Source: Microcoleaceae cyanobacterium
GTDB taxonomy: Bacteria; Cyanobacteriota; Cyanobacteriia; Cyanobacteriales; Microcoleaceae
Length of the DNA stretch: 25,060 nucleotides
Direction of reading: 5' to 3'
Assembly: GCA_051652765.1 (NCBI GenBank)
Contig: JBOFUV010000070.1
Coordinates: 1-25,060, forward strand
Notes under the pieces: model-generated
Databases searched by the model: none
Told to the model about the DNA's origin: nothing
The model's input: only the letters and a program-made list of their open reading frames with translations
Translations under genes and position numbers: made by a program
Shown: positions 9,358 to 17,053 of the stretch, one piece after another
How positions within the stretch are numbered: the stretch's first letter is position 1
How the letters are laid out: each line of letters begins with the position of its first letter

Positions 9358-9965
9358 GCGGTTGCCTGGGCGAGTTCTTGCCATCGTTGATGCCACAGTT
9401 GCATTGCATTTTGACTCCCATGAAACTCGTCAAAGGCTTGGCTCTGAAGCTCGAGTTCAGGGGCAAGACGTTCTAGAGACTCAAAGCTGACACAGTACCC
9501 TAAAACTTGCTGCCAGCTTTCTCGCCAATGCTGGTAGGATCGTTGACGCTCTCGCAGGGGTCTAAGACGCTCTTGTTCCCGTGCCCGCCGAAGCGCAGTA
9601 ACCTTGAGCTGCTCGGCTCGATTCTTCCAGGTTGAGCGCCATTGTTCGAGGGTGGCTGAACTGTAGTGGGCCGAATAGGATTCGATTTCAGCCCGCAGGA
9701 CTTCTCCCAAAGTTTCTAAGGCAGCCCGACTATCACAGTGCTGAATTGCTTCAATCCCAGATTCAATCCAGAGAGGCAGGCGGCGGTAGCTCACAAACAC
9801 ACTTCGGGCTCCCAGAACTTTGACCCAAATTTGAGACTCCCAGAGTTCTAGGGACTCAATTTGCCGGGGAGCTATACTAAGTAACATCGCAACCTCTAGC
9901 CAGACCCTTGCTAGAGACCATTGGCCTGGGTTGATTGTGCCTGCGGAGAGTAAGTTCTGAGCCAT
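9354..9965 (-). CDS. Hypothetical protein with Trp-rich helical C-terminal region
   Basis: 203-aa ORF convergent on hisS with a 4-bp overlap; IWVKV...FVSYRRLPLW segment; function not recognised. Confidence 0.75.
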   Translation of the reverse strand: MAQNLLSAGTINPGQWSLARVWLEVAMLLSIAPRQIESLELWESQIWVKVLGARSVFVSYRRLPLWIESGIEAIQHCDSRAALETLGEVLRAEIESYSAHYSSATLEQWRSTWKNRAEQLKVTALRRAREQERLRPLRERQRSYQHWRESWQQVLGYCVSFESLERLAPELELQSQAFDEFHGSQNAMQLWHQRWQELAQATA

Positions 9966-10133
9966 AGTGAGCCATGCCTAGATTCTGGAGGGTAAACCTG
10001 CGACAAACCTATTTGTAAACCTACATCTAGTGTTTCTTAGGATTGCTTGCTCATCTTAACCCTACATTTAGCTATTGTCTAGCGGCAGATTAATTCAACA
10101 TTGGTTCAGTCCAGAGGGCCAGTGGTTTGTCAA

Positions 10134-10454
10134 TTAAATCAGGAATTTCTGAACGTACTGAATGAGTTCGGGAGTTTTCATGACTCCTCTAATTCGAGCT
10201 GCAAGTTCCCGATCAATAAACAGGAGAGAGGTGGGCAGGGCTCTAATTTCATGCTGCGTGAGAAGCTGAGGATATTTGTCAGCGTTAACCTTGATCACTT
10301 GCAATTGATTCTTCATTTGATCCTTAACCTGCTCTAGAATCGGCGCAAACATCTGACTAGAACTACACCAGCTAGCATAAAAACAAACTAAGATGGGCGT
10401 AGTCGAGTGATTAATCAGGTCTTCTAAACTGGAAAACTGTTGCTTAACTGCCAT
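10134..10454 (-). CDS. Thioredoxin-family protein (y-type-like N-terminus) with atypical WCSSS active site
   Basis: MAVKQQFSS start, PILVCFYASWCSSSQMFAP, IRALPT cis-Pro loop and RIRG; canonical sequence is DFxAxWCGPC. Confidence 0.85.
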   Translation of the reverse strand: MAVKQQFSSLEDLINHSTTPILVCFYASWCSSSQMFAPILEQVKDQMKNQLQVIKVNADKYPQLLTQHEIRALPTSLLFIDRELAARIRGVMKTPELIQYVQKFLI

Positions 10455-10495
10455 TTTTACTACTCACTAATGGCTTATTGTTGACATTGCATTTA

Positions 10496-10516
10496 GGGGT
10501 GGGAAATACCCACCCC
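10496..10516 (-). terminator. GC-rich hairpin downstream of the 427-aa gene (terminator or mRNA stabiliser)
   Basis: GGGGTGGG-5 nt loop-CCCACCCC; no U-tract on the minus strand. Confidence 0.5.
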
Positions 10517-10532
10517 ACTGCGGTTATTCCTG

Positions 10533-11816
10533 TTATTCCTGCTGTTGAACAGGAGAAATTTGAGTTGTGTTAATTGGGCAGGATAGAGTTGCATCAATCT
10601 CTTCAACTTTGCGGATTCTTCGAATGAGAATAATCTCCTCTTCCCGCCGAATAATCGTACGCACTGGAGTAACACAAACGATGTCTTGTTCGCGATTGAG
10701 GTTCCAGAGTTCATCACTATTCCAAGGCAGTGAAACAGATATGTCTGTCTTCTCAAGATTCACATTGACACTACTAGAACCTGAACCTGAAGTACCAGGA
10801 GGTACAACGCTTGGGCTACCGGGAGTTGCGCCTACTCCTGCATAGCCTGAACCTGAAGTACCAGGAGCTATAACGCCTGCGCCACCGGGAGTTGCGCCTG
10901 CACTGCCAGTAGTAACACTTGCCCAATAACTGGGGTTGCTGTAGCGACTATTCTCTAAGTCAACGGGCGTAATTGATAGAACAACCTCTCCTTCATTATC
11001 ATTGTGAAGTGTGTCAAAGAAGAGACCAAAGAGTGTTGTTTTTTCATTGACTTTGATGGTCAATTTTTCTTGATATCCATTGAGTGAACACCAACTTTCA
11101 GAAACTGCACTCTCTAGTTTCTGAGAGGGATACTTCGGGATCACTTTGCCGCCTTTCAACCAGATCAGAGCCCAAGGCTCTAGCTCGAATTTCTTATCCG
11201 ATTGCCAATAGCTAATTTGGCCACTCTTGATCGCAATCTCGTAATCTCCTGGCTCTAGCTCAATAAAATTGTAACCAGATTTCTTAATCGCTTCCAACCG
11301 ATTAGTCTTCAGTTTCCAACAGTTTTCTGGACTCTGAATATCGAGAACTTTTTGGTTTTCTGAGGACAAATCTGTGATCGATACCTTAACATTACCACCT
11401 GAACTGATTTGACCTTCGACATCCAAAAATAGCGCACATACAGTAGCTTGCTGACCTGCTCTCACCTCAATCTTCAGATCATCATCCAGTCCATTTAGAG
11501 TTGTCCAAGTTGTACCAATCTCGCGACCTGTATTGAGATTTACAAAAGGGGTGCCGCCATGACCAAAAATCCAGATCACAACTAGGGGCTCGCCTTTAGC
11601 CTGAGTGTTTTGAAAACTGTACCAACCACTCTCAATTTTAATCTTATATCTTCCCCCGTCCAAGACCTGGGAGCGAGCAACTTTTTGCTCTAGATTTGGC
11701 ATTATTTCCTGATCTGAAAAATGATAAACGTTATCATTGGATGACTTGTCAGGAATCACATAGCACGTATTTTTGCCATGAATTTTTAGCTCTTTTACAT
11801 CTGTTGGACTCATCAC
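10533..11816 (-). CDS. Hypothetical protein: two tandem beta-rich domains, Gly/Pro/Ser linker, and a C-terminal module shared with the 77-aa protein
   Basis: Strong AAGGAG Shine-Dalgarno before GTG ATG (11816/11813); internal repeat motifs GxYxIxIxSG, EPxxxIW, WxxLNG, LFxD and VxxSIT. Confidence 0.9.
   Translation of the reverse strand: MMSPTDVKELKIHGKNTCYVIPDKSSNDNVYHFSDQEIMPNLEQKVARSQVLDGGRYKIKIESGWYSFQNTQAKGEPLVVIWIFGHGGTPFVNLNTGREIGTTWTTLNGLDDDLKIEVRAGQQATVCALFLDVEGQISSGGNVKVSITDLSSENQKVLDIQSPENCWKLKTNRLEAIKKSGYNFIELEPGDYEIAIKSGQISYWQSDKKFELEPWALIWLKGGKVIPKYPSQKLESAVSESWCSLNGYQEKLTIKVNEKTTLFGLFFDTLHNDNEGEVVLSITPVDLENSRYSNPSYWASVTTGSAGATPGGAGVIAPGTSGSGYAGVGATPGSPSVVPPGTSGSGSSSVNVNLEKTDISVSLPWNSDELWNLNREQDIVCVTPVRTIIRREEEIILIRRIRKVEEIDATLSCPINTTQISPVQQQE
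10780..10899. repeat. Intragenic duplication with 66-bp period encoding GATPGxxxVxxPGTSGSG twice
   Basis: Copies at 10780-10833 and 10846-10899. Confidence 0.9.
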
Positions 11817-12001
11817 TTTATCTCCTTTGTAGACTTATTTTCAGACTTGAACTTACAGACTTGAACTGATATCAATTGGCTTGAATAACTGACAAGCACT
11901 GCTCAATAAGATGACTAATTCCTTTATCTCCGTCTACTTCCTCTGGTTAATGAATAACCACCTAACTCAGTGAAACTTTTACCCAATAAGCTTACCAAAA
12001 T

Positions 12002-13060
12002 TTACCGAACCATCTGTCGAAGCCGATTGTAAAGTGATAGATTGCCCTGTTGTTGAGCTAGCTCCAAAGCATGGTTAAAATCTGGAATTGCTAACTCAGA
12101 CTCATTGAGCTTTCGGTAAACTAGCCCCCGATTGTAGTACGCTTCGGAATAATCTGGGCTTCGTATAATTGCTGCTTGATAACTGATCAAAGCCTGCTCA
12201 TAATCTTGTCGATCATAGTAGACATTGCCCCTGTTATTGTAGGCTTGAGCATCATCTGGACTGACTAGAATTGCCTGATTATAGTCTGCTAAAGCTTCTA
12301 GATAGTTTTTTAAATCATAGAAAACACTGCCACGGTTATTATAAGCTTCAGCATAATTAGGATTAATGGCAATGGCCTGATTGTAATCCCCTAATGCAGC
12401 TTGATTTTGACCAAGAGCATAAGCTGCTGTTCCTCGATTATTATACGCTTCGGCATAATAGGGATTTAGAGCAATGGCCTGAGTATAATCTGCAACTGCC
12501 TCTGGATAATTTTCTAGAGCCCGATAAGCATTCCCCCGATTGTAGTAAGCTCGAATGGATTCAGGATTAATCTGAATTGCTTGATCGTAATCTGCAACAG
12601 CTTCCTCGTAGTACCCCAAGTTGTAGAATGCATTTCCACGATTATTCAAAGCAGATGATGAGGCTGGGTTAAGCTGAACTGCTTGGGTATAAAAGTTAAT
12701 AGCCTCTTGATAATCATGCTGGAGATAACAAGCATTTCCTTTGCCATAATAATCTTCATAACAGTCATTAGCAGCAATCAAAGCAGCAGTCTGAATTTCA
12801 GGCCGAACAGGAGGCAATTGCTTTGCTAATTGAGCCACTACGAGAAGATCATCTAGGGGTGGATTGGATTCGCTGGGTTGACTATGAGCAAGATCAATCA
12901 ATTGGGTGCTAATTTTAGAACCCTCTGTGAACTGGTTCTCATCAAAATCTTCTTCCCCTTTTGAGTCAGCATCCTCTACCTTTTGAGAGCTTGGAGCCGA
13001 TATAATCACAAAGAGCAAAACAAATAGAATAACAACTGCAACAACTACATCCACAAACAA
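12002..13060 (-). CDS. Membrane-anchored tetratricopeptide repeat protein (about 7 TPRs)
   Basis: N-terminal hydrophobic helix VVVAVVILFVLLFVII, acidic linker, then 34-aa AYNNRG...DYNQAI.INP repeats; TTG start uncertain. Confidence 0.9.
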   Translation of the reverse strand: MFVDVVVAVVILFVLLFVIISAPSSQKVEDADSKGEEDFDENQFTEGSKISTQLIDLAHSQPSESNPPLDDLLVVAQLAKQLPPVRPEIQTAALIAANDCYEDYYGKGNACYLQHDYQEAINFYTQAVQLNPASSSALNNRGNAFYNLGYYEEAVADYDQAIQINPESIRAYYNRGNAYRALENYPEAVADYTQAIALNPYYAEAYNNRGTAAYALGQNQAALGDYNQAIAINPNYAEAYNNRGSVFYDLKNYLEALADYNQAILVSPDDAQAYNNRGNVYYDRQDYEQALISYQAAIIRSPDYSEAYYNRGLVYRKLNESELAIPDFNHALELAQQQGNLSLYNRLRQMVR

Positions 13061-13248
13061 GATTAACCCTACCGCCGTTTCAGTACAAAAATAATATCTG
13101 GAACTGACAACAGATCAAAAACCATCAAAAACCAACTAAGTTAATTAAAATCTTGCCCTTAACAACTGAGACCTTGCCGAGACGTTCACAGAGCTGATTC
13201 TATGACTTAAATCTGTGCCATCAATTGTACTTACAGACTATAAACAAT

Positions 13249-13290
13249 CTAATGACAAGACCAAGCCACATCGGCTGATCTTGCCATTAG
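13249..13290 (-). terminator. Long 3' hairpin after the 77-aa gene
   Basis: Minus-strand RNA CUAAUGGCAAGAUCAGCC-GAUGU-GGCUUGGUCUUGUCAUUAG; two G-U pairs form only on the minus strand; no U-tract. Confidence 0.6.
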
Positions 13291-13304
13291 GTTTAATTAA
13301 AAAT

Positions 13305-13538
13305 TTAACCTTGGGAAGCAACTTGAGTCGTATTTACAGGACATGCTGGGCTAGCATCAACTTCCTCAACTTTTCTGACCTTACGAATCAAAACAACTTC
13401 CTCTTCCCGTCTGACAATTGTGCGAACTGGAGTTACGCAAACAATATCCATCCGAGGATCGCGAGGAAAGCTATCAAAGCTTAAAGCATCAATATTACCA
13501 AGGACGATTTGGTTAGCAGCAGATTGTGATTGATTCAT
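13305..13538 (-). CDS. 77-aa hypothetical protein, stand-alone copy of the C-terminal module of the 427-aa protein
   Basis: 32/42 aa identity to the region 10560-10685 with many synonymous codon differences, which supports real coding; AGGTG SD-like sequence upstream of the ATG. Confidence 0.88.
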   Translation of the reverse strand: MNQSQSAANQIVLGNIDALSFDSFPRDPRMDIVCVTPVRTIVRREEEVVLIRKVRKVEEVDASPACPVNTTQVASQG

Positions 13539-13727
13539 GTTTCAACACCTATAGGAGATTAGATGATAGAGTTATTCATCTGAAGTAGTATTTATCACAA
13601 ACTCCAGTGACCTTGGGTTAAGCTCAGGTAAATAACAGATTCAAATTGAGCCAAGGTGAGACTGATGCTCCGCCTGATCAAGGGTTCCTAACAATTTAAG
13701 TACGACTCAAGAATGTTAAGACATCTG

Positions 13728-15050
13728 TTATAGCCTTAGATCTGATTTTGTTTCGCATCCTTGCTCTGCAGCTAGAAAGTCCACAAATTGACGAGCTGTT
13801 CGTCCAGAGCGTCCATTATGACGAGTTGCCCATTGTAGGGCCTGAAACTTCAAGTCTTCTGGCAGAAATTCTAGTCCTGCTTGAACAGCAAGATGGTCAA
13901 CAATTTTGAGATAAGTCGTCTGATCCGCAGGCTCAAAGGTTAAGGTCAGGCCAAAGCGATCGCTAAACGACAGTTTCTCCTGAACCGTGTCCCAAGCATG
14001 AATTTCATCTTGATCTTTGGGCCGGGGCCGATCTTCAAAAAATTCCCGCACCAAATGTCGTCGGTTAGAGGTGGCATAAACCACAACATTTTGAGGACGA
14101 GCCGTTACGTTTCCTTCTAGAACAACTTTCAACGCTTTGAACACATCATCATCTTCTTCGAAGGACAAATCATCAACAAAAATAATGAACTTTTGTGGTA
14201 ACCCTCGAAGCTTTTCCAGCACAACCGGCAAATCCTCTAGGTCAGATTTTGAGACTTCGATCAACCGTAAACCGCGATCGCGATACTGATGCAAGAGGGC
14301 CTTAATTAAGGAGGACTTGCCTGAGCCTCGACTCCCATACAACAAAACATTTTGGGCTGGATATCCTGCTAGAAGAAATTCCGTATTTTTTACCAATAAA
14401 TCCCGTTGAGATTCATAACCCACCAGTTGATTAAGACATACTGGATCTGGGTAAAGAATCTGGATTAATTCTCCTTGATGCCAACGAAATGCTATGGTTC
14501 TAGCAAACAAACCCGTGCCAAATTGTCGATAATAATTGGTCAAAAGTTCTATCGCATCTGCCCAGGTTTCTAAAGCAGTTAATTGATGCTGGATTGGCAT
14601 TGATTCAGCGTGGCTAGGTGTCGTCTGCCAAACTACGGGTGCTTCAGCTAGAGGCGCAATCATTTGTACCCATTGACTTAACTGTTCTCCACTACAACAA
14701 TACAGCGATTGCAACTGGATTAAATCAGATTGAGCCGCCGCAATTAAGGCTAAGGACAGACGGTCAAATTCTGTATGTTGGGATTGCTGGGTAAACGGAT
14801 TGTCCGCCGTCAAAATTTGAGTCACTAAATACTCTTGCCAACTCTGCTGGGCCTGAGCCTGAACCGTAAACCAAACCCCATAGGCATTTAAACACTCTAA
14901 ACCATTGGTTTCATGTTGCAGGGCCGTCAATAAATTCAAAAAGGCTTGACCTAGGTCTCCATCCAATACACCTCGATACAGCAAAAGAGATGCCGCTTGA
15001 CGTTGTAGCGTCCGAACTTGAGAAATGACTTGAGGGTTAATTGAGGACAT
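13728..15050 (-). CDS. AAA+ ATPase, DUF815 family
   Basis: Walker A GSRGSGKSS, Walker B FIIFVDDLSFE, YATSNRRHL, EKLSFSDRFGL and GRSGRTARQF motifs. Confidence 0.92.
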   Translation of the reverse strand: MSSINPQVISQVRTLQRQAASLLLYRGVLDGDLGQAFLNLLTALQHETNGLECLNAYGVWFTVQAQAQQSWQEYLVTQILTADNPFTQQSQHTEFDRLSLALIAAAQSDLIQLQSLYCCSGEQLSQWVQMIAPLAEAPVVWQTTPSHAESMPIQHQLTALETWADAIELLTNYYRQFGTGLFARTIAFRWHQGELIQILYPDPVCLNQLVGYESQRDLLVKNTEFLLAGYPAQNVLLYGSRGSGKSSLIKALLHQYRDRGLRLIEVSKSDLEDLPVVLEKLRGLPQKFIIFVDDLSFEEDDDVFKALKVVLEGNVTARPQNVVVYATSNRRHLVREFFEDRPRPKDQDEIHAWDTVQEKLSFSDRFGLTLTFEPADQTTYLKIVDHLAVQAGLEFLPEDLKFQALQWATRHNGRSGRTARQFVDFLAAEQGCETKSDLRL

Positions 15051-15299
15051 TAATTTAACGTAAATTTAACGTACAGCAGCTTTAAAACAGTTTCTAAAGT
15101 AGTTTTTCAATTAGTGAAGGACATCTTAATTACTCAAGTCCCCCTTTTCAAGACTATGCATGACTCACAACCGTGTAATCATTACAGGGCAATCAAGAGT
15201 GTAATAAGTTTTATATCAACACCCTCAATAGTTACCTATCTCAGTTGTATAAATCAGTTGTATAAAGAGGTCAAAGAAAAGCGCGAGGACGGTGTGCAG

Positions 15300-15635
15300 A
15301 TGAACTTGGGAAGTTGGGCTGTGATTGCTTATGGTGCATTAGCCCTTGTCGGCGGAATTATAGGGTTTGTTAAAGTCCGTAGCAAGGTGTCCCTTTTATC
15401 TGGGGGACTCAGCGGTTTATTGCTTATCCTAGCAGGAGTGATGGCTCTACAAGGACAAACAGCAGGGTTGGCGATCGCTATTCCAGTGACCCTTGCTCTG
15501 ATCTGTGTCTTTATTGTCAGAATCATTAATACCGGAAAGTGGATGCCTGGAATCGTGATGATTGTGACTGGAGTCATTGGCTTGTCTTTCATGTTATATC
15601 AACTATTGTATGCTCAACCCGTGGGCTCTCCTTAG
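15300..15635 (+). CDS. TMEM14 family small membrane protein
   Basis: AYGALALVGGIIGFVKVRSKVSLLSG and GKWMPG motifs, about 4 hydrophobic helices; ATG 15300 preferred over GTG 15114. Confidence 0.88.
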   Translation: MNLGSWAVIAYGALALVGGIIGFVKVRSKVSLLSGGLSGLLLILAGVMALQGQTAGLAIAIPVTLALICVFIVRIINTGKWMPGIVMIVTGVIGLSFMLYQLLYAQPVGSP

Positions 15636-15762
15636 CCTTAAACCAGCCCGGAGAAAATAGGTAAAATGAGGTTGAGTACTTCAATTGTTCAACTATCAAT
15701 TATTCAACAAAGGGTGTTTAGGGTGTATTCAAGGATTCGGCCAAGACAACGAAGGGAAAGGC

Positions 15763-16266
15763 ATGATCAAACTGATTGATGCAATCAAAGCAGGCAATAT
15801 TGCTCAAGTCAAAGCGGTGTTGGTTCAGGAAGTCTGCGACGTGAATATTCTTGATCCAACCGGCACAACACCCTTAATTTCTGGAATCAGCACAGGCAAG
15901 TTAGACCTCGTTCAAGCGTTGATTGCAGCCGGGGCAGCCGTGAACTTGCCTGATCAGGATGGCTGGACACCCTTAATCGAAGCTGCTGCCGTAGGAAATC
16001 TAGAAATCATTAACCTTTTGCTCAGTCATGGAGCCGAGGTCAATGCCCCAACCGAGTTTGGGATGACTCCCCTAATGAGTGCCGCAAGCAAAGGCCATCT
16101 CCGGGCCATCAATTGCCTACTAGACCATGGGGCTGACGTTACTGCCAAGGATAACAATACCTGGACGGCGCTGGTTTGGGCTGCGGCTGAAGAACATACA
16201 GAAATCGTAGAAGTTTTAAAGCAAGCCCGCGATCGCGCCTCATCTCGATCAGTCTCCAACTCTTAA
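15763..16266 (+). CDS. Ankyrin repeat protein
   Basis: GTTPL, GWTPL, GMTPL and TWTAL repeats at 33-aa spacing; ATG 15763 preferred. Confidence 0.92.
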   Translation: MIKLIDAIKAGNIAQVKAVLVQEVCDVNILDPTGTTPLISGISTGKLDLVQALIAAGAAVNLPDQDGWTPLIEAAAVGNLEIINLLLSHGAEVNAPTEFGMTPLMSAASKGHLRAINCLLDHGADVTAKDNNTWTALVWAAAEEHTEIVEVLKQARDRASSRSVSNS

Positions 16267-16310
16267 TCTTCCAGTAATATTCCAACTCTTAATATCTTGA
16301 TCATTTACGC

Positions 16311-16340
16311 TTGACAGTTTTAGTCAAAAACAGCGACAAT
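16311..16340 (+). promoter_or_regulatory. Putative sigma70-type promoter of rplU-rpmA
   Basis: TTGACA (16311-16316), 18-nt spacer, GACAAT (16335-16340). Confidence 0.5.
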
Positions 16341-16341
16341 A

Positions 16342-16456
16342 TTAGTTTGTGAGTCTAAACTCTGCTCGGATCAGGTTGAGACCTCATTGAAATGTTGACG
16401 AAATGTTAGGACTTTCGGAGTTACAACATTTGTTAGCTACCTGTACGGCAAACTAA
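16342..16456 (+). promoter_or_regulatory. Structured 5' leader of rplU
   Basis: Nested complementarity: TTAGTTTG/CAAACTAA, CAGGT/ACCTG and GTTGACGAAATGTT/AACATTTGTTAGC. Confidence 0.45.
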
Positions 16457-16467
16457 GTAAGTATTCT

Positions 16468-17016
16468 ATGAGCTACGCAATCATTGAAACTGGAGGCAAG
16501 CAACTACGGGTTGAGCCGGGTCGCTTTTACGATATTGAACTGTTGGCAATTGAACCTGAGGAAACCTTAGCGATCGACAAGGTCTTGATGGTTTGTCATG
16601 ACGGAGAAGTCCATATTGGCCAACCTTACGTTGAGGGAGCCATAGTAGATGGTACGGTTCTGCGGCATTTTCGAGGGCGCAAAGTGATCATCTACAAAAT
16701 GCGGCCCAAGAAGAAAACCCGTAAAAAGCGGGGTCACCGTCAGGAACAAACCCGTTTTATGATCGATGCGATTCGACTCAATGGGTTAGTGCTGGCGATG
16801 AGGCAGGACATAGAAGATTTGGCAGAAGACGAAGAGTTCGAACCTTTATCCTTGGAAGAAGTCATCGAGGTGACTGCGGTTACTGTTGCTGAGGAAGCTG
16901 AGGAACTTGATGTGATCGCAGATGCTAAATCTGATGACACTGAAGCAGCTACAGTTCCAGGTGCAGACCTAGGAGTTGAGGCTGATTCCGAACCTGAAGC
17001 TCGTGAAGAAGAGTAA
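16468..17016 (+). CDS. rplU: 50S ribosomal protein L21 with long acidic C-terminal extension
   Basis: [10 protein letters not shown] and KKRGHRQ motifs; followed by rpmA. Confidence 0.97.
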   Translation: MSYAIIETGGKQLRVEPGRFYDIELLAIEPEETLAIDKVLMVCHDGEVHIGQPYVEGAIVDGTVLRHFRGRKVIIYKMRPKKKTRKKRGHRQEQTRFMIDAIRLNGLVLAMRQDIEDLAEDEEFEPLSLEEVIEVTAVTVAEEAEELDVIADAKSDDTEAATVPGADLGVEADSEPEAREEE

Positions 17017-17053
17017 ACTGTAAAGCGCGAACTTAACTAATAGGAGAACGGCA

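Noticed and set aside
7428..10454. Functional link between PedR and the atypical thioredoxin
   Set aside because: PedR is known to be thioredoxin-regulated, but the genes are on opposite strands, separated by three genes, and this Trx lacks the resolving Cys; proximity alone is insufficient.
10493..10845. Alternative ORFs 10493-10756 (-) and 10567-10845 (+)
   Set aside because: Shadow frames of the 427-aa gene, whose frame is supported by the paralogous module.
13215..13484. 89-aa plus-strand ORF
   Set aside because: Antisense to the 77-aa gene, which has homology, SD and hairpin support.
10533..13538. Amyloid signalling (NLR/BASS-type) interpretation of the shared motif
   Set aside because: The TPR protein has no NTPase domain and lacks the motif; both carriers have it C-terminally; the motif is highly charged rather than G/N/Q-rich.
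13305..13538. RiPP precursor peptide
   Set aside because: No recognisable modifying enzyme, peptidase or transporter nearby, and the segment is conserved as a domain in a larger protein.
13728..15050. DUF815 ATPase as part of the module cluster
   Set aside because: Widespread conserved gene separated by 189 bp; same orientation is the only link.
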